From Octopus sinensis (taxonomy: Eukaryota): a DNA stretch of 64,000 bases. The position numbers and the translations under genes are program-made. Location: contig NC_042997.1 in NCBI RefSeq assembly GCF_006345805.1, forward strand, positions 201,810,001 to 201,874,000, read 5' to 3'. A model generated the notes under the pieces. The model was not told where the DNA came from. It did no database searches and saw only the letters and a program-made list of their open reading frames with translations. Shown in pieces: positions 24,406 to 35,389 of the stretch (the first letter of the stretch is position 1; the number at the start of each line of letters is the position of its first letter).

Positions 24406-24410
<5 letters not shown>
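24080..24410 (+). mobile_element. Two tandem 5'-truncated SINE family C copies
   Basis: GGAGTGGTTGGC(A/G)TTAGGAAGGGCATCC...(ATG)n occurs twice. Confidence 0.88.
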
Positions 24411-24442
<32 letters not shown>

Positions 24443-25039
24443 GCTTCAGCACAGTTTCCATGTACCACATATCATTCGGAAATAATCAGTCCACATAGTG
24501 GAATCAAACTCAGAACTTGTTGGTTACTCCTGCTCCTATAATTTCTAAATTACACACAGTGCTTTTGCTGTTTACATTACTCAGTGGTATCAGCCATTAT
24601 AGCAATTTGCTGTTAAGTAAGCTGTCGTATGAGAGTTAAGGATCTCAAAAGTTTGAGTGTTAAGGGTCTTGACACTAGACATGTGCAGTAAAATTGCTGA
24701 GATGTATCCTTTTGGTAGTTAATTTGGCTTCCTTTCAATTCACTTAGCAGCCAGCAGCAGTCTTTTCCCATTGTTCGCAGTGAGGTTTATTTAAACTATA
24801 CCAGCTTCAATGCAACGAATATTAAGTTATGTAAAGCCCGATGGACTTCTAAAAAGAAAATCTTTTGTCTACCTCTTATATTTTTTGTAAATTAATGATG
24901 CGTCTTTGTTTCACACAATAGCAGATATTCACAGAGTCTGTATTTCTCAAATGATTCTGGCCTAAAGAAAATTAGCAGACTGTTAAATTTTACTGAATGT
25001 TCCAAAATTGAATTATCTATTTTATAGTTCTTTCCATTT

Positions 25040-25088
<49 letters not shown>

Positions 25089-25669
25089 TATTATTTAGAG
25101 CGTAAGCTGAATACACATGTACAAAAAGTTAGTTGCAAATCAATCGTTACACTAAACCCAAATAATGTGTTGTGCTTGCAACCACTGATAAGTTCCGACT
25201 CCAACTGCCCCACGCCCTACCCCCCCATGCTACTATCACCACCACCACTACCACCACCACCATACTTCTGCCACATCTTTGATCGTATGTTAACAAACTG
25301 GATATCAAATCTGACACACGTTTCATTCTACACAATCAATTACTGTTATGGTTGCAATGAACACAGGACGAGGTTAGAACGAAGCACAGTTTCTGCAAGG
25401 TATCAAACATATGTGTCTCTTTGAAAACGTTTGATTAGCCACACCTGTATTGCAGGTGTACTGAAGCAGCAACAGCAGTATTTTCATTAGATGAATGAGT
25501 AAAATGAAAGAGCCTCTGTATGGTTATTTACACTGCTAGAAATAGTAAACAGATTTCCCTCAAACCACAATGTACATTTTTTTTTTTAAATATGCATCTA
25601 ATATCGTAATTTTAAGTGTTAGTCACAACTGGAATGGATTTTGTATGAGTGGGGATGAACAGTTGGTAA

Positions 25670-26185
25670 TCGTCATCATCATTTAACATCCATTGTCCAT
25701 GCTGGCATGGGTTGGACTGTTTGACCAGGCTGGCAAGCTGGAAGGCTACACAGAATCCAGTCTGATTTGGCATGGTTTTCTACGGCTGGATGTCCTTCCT
25801 AACACAAACCACTCTGAGAGTGTAATCGGTGCTTTTATGTGCCACTGGCATACGTGCCATTTGTGCGACACCGGGGTGCATTTATGTGCCACCAGCATGG
25901 GTATCAATTTGCATGACACCAGTATCTGCCACAACTGTGATTTTACTTGGCTTGATGGGTCTTTTCAAGCATGACATAATGTCAAAGGTCTCGGTCATTG
26001 CCTCCATGAGGCCCAACACTCATTTTGCCTCCATGAGGTCCAACACTTGAAAAGAACTCAACCGCTCTGCCTCCATGAGGCCCAACTCTCAAAAGGAACT
26101 CAGCCATTTTGCCTCCGTGAGGCCTAACACTCAAAAGGAACTCAGCCACTTTGCCTCTGTGAGGCCCAGCACTCAAAAGAAAAAG
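25670..26185 (-). mobile_element. SINE family C, long form ending in a 42-bp minisatellite
   Basis: C body, then five GCCTC-NNN-GAGG(C/T) units at 26000, 26027, 26069, 26111, 26153. Confidence 0.8.
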
Positions 26186-26214
26186 GGCCCAACACTCAAG
26201 AGAAACAATAAAAT

Positions 26215-26645
26215 GAAATATTAGATTCAGATTTTGGCACAAGGCCAGCATTTTCAAGAGAGAGGCTAAGTTGATTACTTCATCCCCAGTACTCAACTGG
26301 TATTAATTTTATCGACCCCTAAGGGATGGAAGGCATAAAGACAGACAAAATGTCACCAATCATTTTTGCCTGTTGTGCTAACAATTCTGCCCCTTTAAAA
26401 CAATGAAATATTCCTTTCTACAATAGACACAAGGCCTGAAATTCTAGTGGAGGTAGGTGGGGGTGGAATGGATAGTTAGTTGCATTAACCCCAGTGCGAA
26501 ACTGGTGCATATTTTATTGACCCTGAAAGGGTGAGGGACAAAGTCAGCCTTGGCAGAATTTGAACTCAGAATGTAAAGATGGATGAAAATGCCACTAACC
26601 ATTTTTCACAGCATGCTAATGATTCTGCCAGCCCACTACCTTAAC
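26215..26645 (-). mobile_element. Two SINE family B copies (CTTGTGCC-tail variant)
   Basis: B body motifs at about 26270-26395 and 26480-26640. Confidence 0.75.
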
Positions 26646-26929
26646 AACAATAAAATTTTAATCTCAATTCATTCCTGCTCTTGCAGAATTCTGATCAAAT
26701 CCATTCTAACTGTAACTAACCACCCTGCTTATATTTGTTTTAGACATGTTTAGGATTATAATATCAAAGGTATACACACACTTTCTTTCTCTCTTCTCTC
26801 TCTCTTTTTTTTTTTTTTTTGTTAAAGGGTATATTGTGATTTGAGGCAAATTTATTGGCTATTTCTGACTGGCTGATCAACCATATAGAGACCACCCTAT
26901 TGCATTGGGAAACGTATGTGGTTATTTCA

Positions 26930-27159
26930 TCATCATCACCATTTAACATCCATTTTTCCATGCTTGCATGGGTCACATGGAACTCATTGAGGCAGAGTTT
27001 CTATGTCTGGATTCCCTTCCTGTTGCTAATCCTTGCCTGTTTGCAAACAAGGTAATATTTTCTCATGACCAAACATATTATTCATGGGAGATTGTGAATG
27101 AACAATCTCACTTGTATGAATGCAATGCTCATTTACAACCATCACGATATCAAGACAAG

Positions 27160-27190
<31 letters not shown>

Positions 27191-27340
27191 CTGTATGAAT
27201 GTATGGTGGGCATCTTTCGGTCTCCATCTACTAGATCCACTCACAAATTTTGGTCAGCCCAGGGCTATAGTAAAAGGCACTTGCCCTAGTTTCCATGCAA
27301 TAGAACTGAACCCAAGTTTCTTAATCACCAAAGCCCCATT
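26930..27340 (-). mobile_element. Composite of C-like tail, (CA)n and A-like head
   Basis: (CAT)n...GGATTCCCTTCCTGTTGCTAATCC...(CA)n...CCACTCACAAA; similar composites near 44060-44420 and 4790-4930. Confidence 0.6.
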
Positions 27341-27552
27341 GAGTTGTAGATTCTTACCCTCTGCCTACCTCAAACTATGTCCATTTTTTATTTTTTGAAA
27401 GAAATCCAAATTTGACAGACCATTATAATAAAAAAAATCAATAAAGACTTAGTTTTGTTTATTCCCAGGTTACCTCATTTTAGCACATCTTGATCATCAA
27501 TGGCATTCCACAAGAGTCCATTCCCTCTTTTCAGACATTAGTTTATTTCAGA

Positions 27553-29029
27553 CTAGCAGGAGTACCCGGCATTGCTTGGATATTAAATACTCGGCAATGG
27601 TCTTAATAGGTTCTACCATATTTTTTCATTCTACATTTCTTTGAATATTTTTTGCATAAAGTTGCAAACTTTGAGATTGAGGAAGAAGGGATTTTTCCCC
27701 AAGTGGCATCTATTAGTTGAACAACGAAACGCCGGAGGAGGTGCTTGAAGTTCGGGTAATGGTGGTGGAGGGAAATGTTTACAAATCACACAATGTCTTG
27801 CCATCACTGGCATTTTATCCTATTAGATTGGTATTGAGATAATATTGTCTAATTATTGGGGGATTAGTGTAAATGGCAGGAACTAAGTACCATTAGTAAT
27901 TTTTGCACGCAAAGGAGTGAGAGTGGACAGCTGACCTAGACATAGCCCTCTGCAAAAAGGTGAAGCTGTTGGAGGGGAAGGTGTATCCATGTTTTGCAGT
28001 TTTCTGTAGAACCCGGATGCACAGGGGAAAAAGAAGAAATAATTTCCAGAAATGATGCAACATAGCGATTCTTTTGCAACATAAAGCAAAAAACACAAAA
28101 AATGGGTGTTCCTTGAAACAGCTTTCTTGGGTGTAACTCTGCAGAAATACGAAAAGGTGATGTTTCACAGTATTTCGTAGATCTGTCGCAAGTTAAATAA
28201 AGAATATTAACCAAAAATAGTTTTAAACTATTGTTGAGTCATCTGTACTGTTCATGTGAGATTTGGACGAATTTGGGCAAAAATGAGGGATTTAAGAGCA
28301 AAAAATCAGTTTTCTACACATTTTTGCAATTGATGGTCATATGTCGATGAATTCTGTGCAAATCAGAGTCTCCTAATGTTATCCTTAGGATGAGTAAATA
28401 GTGTGTAAAGTTTGAACACAATCCACCAAAGCAGTAAGAAGTTTTTGAAGATTTAAAGGGGGGAAAAGTGTATGAAATCGATTTTTCATGCTTTTTTTGT
28501 TGTTGCACAGGAATGGCTTTGGATATGGAACAGATACATGATAGAACCACCATTATTACATCATGGTTTTTTAGTTGTAAAGACCAAGGAAATTGGACTT
28601 TCCTGTAAAAAGTTTTCTACCATGTAACTGTACAAAAATGCAAAAAATTGATTTTTTTTCCAAGTTTTTCACAATTTTCTTGAGAATCAGGGCCCCCAAT
28701 GTAGTGCCAAAATATTTGTGTGAAATGTTGCAACATGACGGTCCATTTGATACCAAAATTATAAAATTCAGACATTCCTGTAAAAACTTTTCTTGCATGC
28801 AATTTTTGTCTTTTTTTGCAAAAAGTAGGAATCCCTTCAGTTTTATTGATTTTTTTTTTTCTCCTAGAAGTGGGGGAGAGGGTATCTCAAGGCATCGGTA
28901 ATGTAGCAGTGACCTGCCTGGGTAAATTTGCCATTTAATAAACCAAATTTCATCAAAATCGGATGAAAAATGTGGAAACACATAAAAAGCATACACACAC
29001 ACACACACAGACATTTTGAGTTTTATAGA
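27553..29029 (-). mobile_element. Non-autonomous Helitron, ~1.5 kb
   Basis: Minus strand: 5' TCTATAAAACTCAAAATGTCTG(TG)n, 3' hairpin relic CCAAGCAATGCCGGG then CTAG, A|T target. Confidence 0.75.
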
Positions 29030-29555
29030 TTACATCATCCATTATGTCCTTTCTTTTTGAAAGACATTCAATGTGATTTGTGAGATTTGGTTTTAATTTC
29101 TAGCAAGATGGACGACCACATAAAGGCTCTTTGGTTAGCTCATAGAGATTCATTGTAATGATTTTAGCTTGTAAAGACTAATTTTAATGATTTTTAGCTG
29201 CAAAATGCTAGCCATTGTGATAGAGTACATAAATCTTCCAAACGGAATAAAGAAATATGTCAGATATTACTTTTAGCTTCATGGTGATGTGTTTTATGAT
29301 TGCTGCAATAAGAATAGAAGATAGCAGAGGGAGAGATACAGCATTGATACTTTAGGAATAGTTCGATAAAACTAGCATTTCTGTAGGTTTAGATAGTGTA
29401 TGTGTGTGTGTGTGTGTGTTAGTGTTTCTCTCAAAAATGGTGTGATAAATGTTTATAGTGTATTCATATGGCCCTCAATTCAATCCTACTGTGTAGCACT
29501 TTGGACAACTGTCTTCTTTTCTACTGTAGCCTTAACTTACCAATTCTTTGTGTGT

Positions 29556-29795
29556 CATCATCATCATCATCATCGTTTAGCGTCCGTTTTCCATGCTAGC
29601 ATGGGTTGGACGGTTCTACTGGGGTCTGTGAAGCCAGAAGGCTTCATCAGGCCCAGTCAAATCTGGCAGTGTTTCTACGGCTGGATGCCCTTCCTAACGC
29701 CAACCACTCCGTGAGTGTAGTGGGTGCTTTTTACGTGCCACCCGCACTGGTGCCAGACAGAGCTGGCAAACGGCCACGAACGGATGGTGCTTTTT
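29556..29795 (-). mobile_element. SINE family C, young subfamily
   Basis: Near-identical to 24255-24410 and 56865-57180; CpGs retained. Confidence 0.9.
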
Positions 29796-29979
29796 ATGTG
29801 TATTATCATTTTTATTCATCATCATCATTTAATGTCCATCCTCCATGCTGGAATGGACTGGATGGTTTGACCAGAGCTGGCAAGCTGGAGAGCTGCACCA
29901 CCCTCCAGTTTGATTTGATGTGGTGTCTATTATCATTGTTATCATTATTACTACTACTGCTACTACTTGTGACACACTG

Positions 29980-30312
29980 TTGGTTATGACAACGAGGGTT
30001 CCAGTTGATCCAATCAATGGAACAGCCTGCTCATGAAATTAACATATAAGTGGTTGAGCACTCCACAGATACTTATACCCCTAACGTAGTTCTCGGGGAG
30101 ATTCAGCGTGGTACAACAGAAACAGGAAGAAAGAGTGAGAGGAAGTTGTGGTGAAAGAGTACAGCAGGGTTCACCACCACACCCTGCCGGATCCTTGTGG
30201 GGCTTTAGGTGTTTTTGTTTAATAAACACTCACCACGCCTGGTCTGGGAATTGAAACCACAATCCCACAACAGCGAGTCCACTGCCCTAACCACTGGACC
30301 ATGGCGCCTCCA
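29980..30312 (-). mobile_element. SINE family D2 (tRNA-derived head)
   Basis: Minus strand GGAGGCGCCATGGTCCAGTGGTTAGGG...GGTTTCAATTCCC; matches 49292-49681. Confidence 0.88.
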
Positions 30313-30359
30313 CTACTACTACTGGTATATTATGTATATTTCCTTTCCTTTTCATTCCA

Positions 30360-30650
30360 ATATACCTGTGGCTAGTGCCCCCTGACTGGTTCCCATGCCG
30401 GTGGCACATAAAAAGCACCATCTGAACATGGTTGTTCCCAGGACTACTTGACTGGCTCCCGTGCCAGTGGCACATAAGAAGCACCCACTATACTCTGAGT
30501 GGTTGGCATTAGGAAGGGCATCCAGCTGTAGAAACATTGCCAGATCGGATTGGAGCCTGGTGCAGCCACTGGCTCTCTAGACCTCAGTCAAACTGTCCAA
30601 CCCATGCCAGCATGGAAAACAGACATTAAACGACGATGATGATGATATAC
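30360..30650 (+). mobile_element. SINE family C
   Basis: Two GTGCC-NNN-GGCAC units, then the C 3' end. Confidence 0.88.
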
Positions 30651-30877
30651 ATGGAAAGAAAAAGGGAGTGATTATTAGATTTAAATATTCAGAAAATAGT
30701 TTATATATTAGCTTAGGTCTACTTTTTGTGTCTTTATCACCATTAATGACCAATTAAAATTAAGTAAAAGCATGAAAAAAAAAAAACCAGTAAAAAAAAA
30801 GCTCACATTTATCAGAAGACCTTATCACTTTCATTTACTTCCTAGAAATTATTTCATTCTTTACTTAGTAAGCAACA

Positions 30878-31133
30878 ATTATGGAACAATTTGCCAATAG
30901 CTGTTTTAAGTTTTTAGTACATATCAGCCTTCAACATTAAATTACTTTCATTTACTGACTTAAAAATATTTATGAGATCTAACATTTTTTTTTCTACATT
31001 GCGCAGCTGACAGCATTCTCACATCTAATGACAGACAGACTGTAGCTGCTCTCTGTAACTTTTTTTATAGCTACTGTCATCTTGGTGGTGCTTGAATAAC
31101 AGTTTAAATCTACTAAATAGCTTACAAGTAACT
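30878..31133 (+). repeat. Diverged direct repeat, copy 1 (partner 33851-34132)
   Basis: Both start ATTATGGAACA(A/C)TTTGCCAATAG and stay colinear for about 260 bp. Confidence 0.8.
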
Positions 31134-31348
31134 TTAGCTAGTCCTGTACTTGAAATGTTGTTTTGTTGTGCCTTTTTCACCACCAAATAAAACCAAGACC
31201 ATATGTTCACTTCCAGCATTGAAAGGGCTATGTGCTTCCAGCTAGCATGTCTGAAGCATATCTGTGTTGCAAAGTGTAATAGTGGATATGAAACATTTGG
31301 TAGCATTCTGATCAGCTATATGCTATGATCAGAAATATAAACTACTTG

Positions 31349-31355
31349 ACAATGT

Positions 31356-31439
<84 letters not shown>

Positions 31440-31446
31440 ACATTGT
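31349..31446. repeat. Perfect palindrome: ACAATGTAACAA-(TA)37-TTGTTACATTGT
   Basis: Read directly. Confidence 0.92.
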
Positions 31447-31500
31447 TAAAGAGAGAGAGAGAGAGAATGGTTGGAAAGGAATTTCACAAGTTGATATGTA

Positions 31501-31894
31501 TAAGAAAAATAAGACAAGGTAGAAAATGCAAAAATAGTTTTATCATGAAGAACATTTTAGTACCGGTTTCAGCCTTTGCGACTTTTTCAACTTAGAGTAA
31601 AGCATGGAAAACAATTAAATTGTGGAAAAATTAAATTAAATGTTTTTTAAAAAATATTTCCATAGTTTTCAAATGCAAGGGATATTTTCCTTTTTTTCAG
31701 TCTGTCTCTGTCTCTCTTTTTTACTCTTTGAAAACTATGGAAATATTTTTTAAAAAACATTTCATTCAATTTTTCCACAATTTAATTGTTTCTCATGCTT
31801 TACTCCAAGTTGGAAAAGTTGTAAAGACTGAAACTGGTACTAAAATGTTCTTCATGATAAAATTATTTTAGCATTTTCTACCTTGCCTTATTTT

Positions 31895-31899
<5 letters not shown>
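31501..31899. mobile_element. ~173-bp-arm inverted repeat, probable Penelope-like inverted terminal-repeat relic or fold-back element
   Basis: 31501-31673 is complementary to 31727-31899; each arm carries a degenerate hammerhead-like motif. Confidence 0.7.
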
Positions 31900-31948
<49 letters not shown>

Positions 31949-32294
31949 GTTTGTGTGTATTTATGTTTGTGTGTCTGTTTGTGCCCTCCCCACCACCACC
32001 ATTGCTTGACAACTGTTGTTGGTGTGTTTACATCCCTGATTTCGATTTCGCACTTGCCTCAACAGGTCTTCGCAAGCAGAGTTTAGTGTCCAGTGAAGGA
32101 AAGATATGCATAAGTGGGCTGGTTACACCCCTGGCATATGCCACAAGGTTATGGTCTCACTTGGCTTGCCACCCTATATACATACCTGTAAATGATAATA
32201 ATGATATTTTTATAAGCTTAAAGCTTATAAGCAATCACCGTGTATAGACTAAAGAAAATAAGTCAAATATCAGGGCATTTACGTCCCAATATTA

Positions 32295-32515
32295 AAGGCA
32301 GCAAGCTGGCAGAATCATTAGCATGCTGGACGAAATGCTTAGCGGTATTTCACCCATCACTACATTCTGAGTTTCAATTCTGCTGAGGTCGACTTTGCCT
32401 TTCATCCTTTCAGGGTCAGTAAAAAAGTATCAGTAGAACACTGGGGTTCATATAACTAACTCATCTCCTTCCACACAATTGCTGCCCTTGTGTCAAAATT
32501 TGAAACCATTATTAT
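32295..32515 (+). mobile_element. SINE family B
   Basis: AAGGCAGCAAGCTGGCAGAA head...GTCGACTTTGCCTTTCATCCTTTC. Confidence 0.85.
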
Positions 32516-32810
32516 TTAAAGAATTTTAAAAATACACAATGCTGTTTATCAAATCCATCATTGCATATATATATATAATGAGTGCTCATTTTCATTGTTC
32601 GACATATACCATACATTACATGTTTATTACATCATACCCTGATACTGTGTGGATTAATATCCCCATTGACAGGCCACTGGTATTTATTGAGTGTTAAACA
32701 CTTTTGGTACACAAATTAGGGACTCCTTCATAGAGTAACTGCTGCATTTGTTGAGTATATAAACAGTTTGTCTGCTTGTTTCTCTGGAGACTGTCAGAAT
32801 GATGTGGATT

Positions 32811-32851
32811 CCTCTGATGAGAATCCAATAAGGTTCGAAAATCGATTAAGG
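32811..32851 (+). ncRNA. Minimal type I hammerhead ribozyme (predicted)
   Basis: CCT-CTGATGA-GAATC caataa GGTTC-GAA-AATCGATT-A-AGG: full conserved core, 5-bp stem II, palindromic stem III, 3-bp stem I, NUH = UUA. Confidence 0.75.
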
Positions 32852-32920
32852 CTGTTCTTCCTTTTTTCAGTCTGCAGAGAAATGGCTAAAATTTACCTTG
32901 TTTATGATTACACCATATGT

Positions 32921-32959
<39 letters not shown>

Positions 32960-32966
<7 letters not shown>

Positions 32967-33120
32967 GAATTTACAAAAGACGAAGACGGGTGTGTAAATA
33001 ACAAACAGATGTATTAGTTTAACGCTTGGGAAGTGAGAAAGTTTTTTATGTTTCGATCCTACAGAAAGGAACACAGAAATAAACAGAGAAAATAAAAAAG
33101 GTTTTGTGGCTAGTGATCTA
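32960..33120 (-). mobile_element. Probable Penelope-like terminus with a broken hammerhead-like motif
   Basis: Minus strand CCTTTCTG-TAGGATC-GAAACATAAAAAACTTTC keeps CTG and GAAAC, but core and stem II appear deleted. Confidence 0.4.
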
Positions 33121-33144
33121 TCATGTATATATATTTGTACATAT

Positions 33145-33418
33145 GTATACCAGCGCCGCCTTGGCTGACTTCCGTGCCGGTGGCACGTTAAAAGCACCAA
33201 CCGATCGTGGCCAATGCCAGAACCCCCCCTGGCACCTGTGCTGGTGGCACATAAAAAGCACCCACTACACTCGCGGAGTGGTTGGCGTTAGGAAGGGCAT
33301 CCAGCCGTAGAAACACTGCTTGATCAGATTGGAGCCTGGTGCTGCCCCTGGCTTCCCAAACCCCGGTCGAACCGTCCAACCCGTGCTGGCGCGGAAAACG
33401 GACGTTAAACGATGATGT
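33145..33418 (+). mobile_element. SINE family C, CpG-rich copy
   Basis: Diagnostic motifs. Confidence 0.9.
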
Positions 33419-33850
33419 ATGTATATATATTATGTATATATTGTTTTTATGCTGACTGTTGATTAATGTTTGTTTATTCTTTATTTCTAGGTGAGGACCT
33501 TTCATTTGTTTTATGGTGGTTAATAAGAGAAAATGTTCAAATATTTTGAGTGCTGTAAGTAAAAACAAATTTTGATGGAAGTTTACAATTCTTTTTACAT
33601 TTAATCTGTAATGTTTTTGTTGTGCTCCAGTGAACCATAATGTGCAGCAGTTGTTGTTGTGTTGCTTCGGTCATATAGTGATGGTTGGCCAAACGTTTAA
33701 GTTTGATCCACAGATCCAAATTGCCATATTTTCCATCCAGTTAAGAATCATAAAGCACATTCTGATATGCATAGTTGATTTATGTGATGCAGTGTTGCAC
33801 TTTGGATGTGCTGTACACTGGCTACAGTCCAGTCTTTCTTCGTATATATC

Positions 33851-34132
33851 ATTATGGAACACTTTGCCAATAGTTGTTCTAAGTTTTTAGTACATATCAA
33901 TAGCTAACATTAAATTAAGTACTTTCGTTTGACTTTAAAATATTTATGAAATCTAAAATGTTTTGTGTTTTTTCTACATCATCCAGCTGACATGATTCTC
34001 ACATGTGATGACAGGCTGCAGCTGCTCTCTGCAACTTTTCCATTTGGCTTTCATTTTGATCATCATCATGACAGTGGTGTTTTCTAGTACATTTGCTAGT
34101 AATTTAAATCTACTAGTAGCTTACTAATAACT
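33851..34132 (+). repeat. Diverged direct repeat, copy 2 (partner 30878-31133)
   Basis: See copy 1. Confidence 0.8.
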
Positions 34133-34199
34133 GCAGTTAACTCTATAGTAATCTACATATTGAGTCCACAAGTGGTGATAAGAGGATTGGTGGAAACAA

Positions 34200-34740
34200 A
34201 GCTTCATTATAAGCCTGCCTTCCTTGATCCTCTCACTCATTTCTTATCTCTTACCATCACTCTTGCAACCCCTACTTATCCACATTTCTTGTTCTGCCCC
34301 ACTCTTACTCACCTTGTGTCTTGAAGATCCACACTGATACCTCATCACCCCCTACTTTTTTTTTTCTTTCTAGTTCCATTGCAACCCCTTCTATGCTCTC
34401 TTCCGTAATGTGAGTAGTTGTGTCCATTCCCTACTTGTTCTGGCCCTTCATCCCATGACATAAAGGTCCCTCTACTGTGGCCCCACTCATTCTCAAGAGG
34501 TCTTAATCTTGCTGGCTCAAGAGGTCTTAGTCTTGCACCTCACTAGTGCTGGTACCTCAAAAAAAAAAAAAAAATTACCCGGTACATGCTGTAAAGTACT
34601 TGGCATCAGGAAAGGCATCTAGACATAGAAACCATGTGAAAGCGAGCATCAGAGCACAATGCAGCCTTTGGGCCCATTGGATCCTCTCAGACTGCCTAAC
34701 CCATGCCAGCATGGAACATTAATAGATGATAATGATTTCA
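34200..34740 (+). mobile_element. Family C long variant / LINE-like 3' UTR
   Basis: Pyrimidine-rich body leading to CACTAGTGCTGGT...TGGCATCAGGAAAGGCATC...CCCATGCCAGCATGG. Confidence 0.6.
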
Positions 34741-34759
34741 TCACACAGCTACTTCCCTC

Positions 34760-35140
34760 TTGATTTATGTTGTGCTGTGTTACCTAGTGGGACATTTGGT
34801 GAGGTTGGAAGTAGTATATTCATTATGCAAGTGTGTTTCATATTGGTTTTGTTTTTATTCTGAATATTTGCACTTTGAGACGTGTTGTCATGTCTTCTGA
34901 TTAATGTAGTGCTTTTTGTGGTATCTGTATAACTGCTGCAGACTTTTGTGTACAAGTTCTTTTCTGTGGCATGGTCTGCTCTCTTTTATTGAAATGTAAT
35001 TTGGGAAGTGAAGAATCAGGTGTTGAGACTTGTAATTTTATTTCTTGTATAATAATGACATGACTGTCATGTTTGATGAAGTATTTTACTTCCATAAAGG
35101 TATTTTTTAGGCCATTAATGTTGTATTGCATTAAAAAAAA
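34760..35140 (-). pseudogene. LINE apurinic-like endonuclease (APE) fragment
   Basis: FLMQYNINGL...VIIIQEIKL and downstream MNILLPTS match the APE motifs (NxNG, QETK, NIYxPP); frameshifted. Confidence 0.75.
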
Positions 35141-35389
35141 ATTTATTTGCGTTTTCTTTATATTGTGTATATTGGTTACTTCTGCTGTTTCTGTGTATTT
35201 TATGTATGAAATGCTTACCATTTGAATTGATGGTGAAGTTATGAATGTATGGAAGGAGATAATGGCAACACTTTTGACTTTTTATATTTTGTAATTTGGG
35301 ATTTGTAAATATGTTTGACATTTTTTGCTTGTTCATGAGGCGTGTGTGTGTGAGTATATTGTTGAGTTGTTTCTACCCTTGAAAGTATT

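Noticed and set aside
25533-25545. GCTAGAAATAG matches the engineered Cas9 sgRNA tetraloop hairpin
   Set aside because: Short match inside repeat family E; the rest of the scaffold is absent and no Cas/IscB/TnpB/Fanzor ORF is present. Treated as coincidence.
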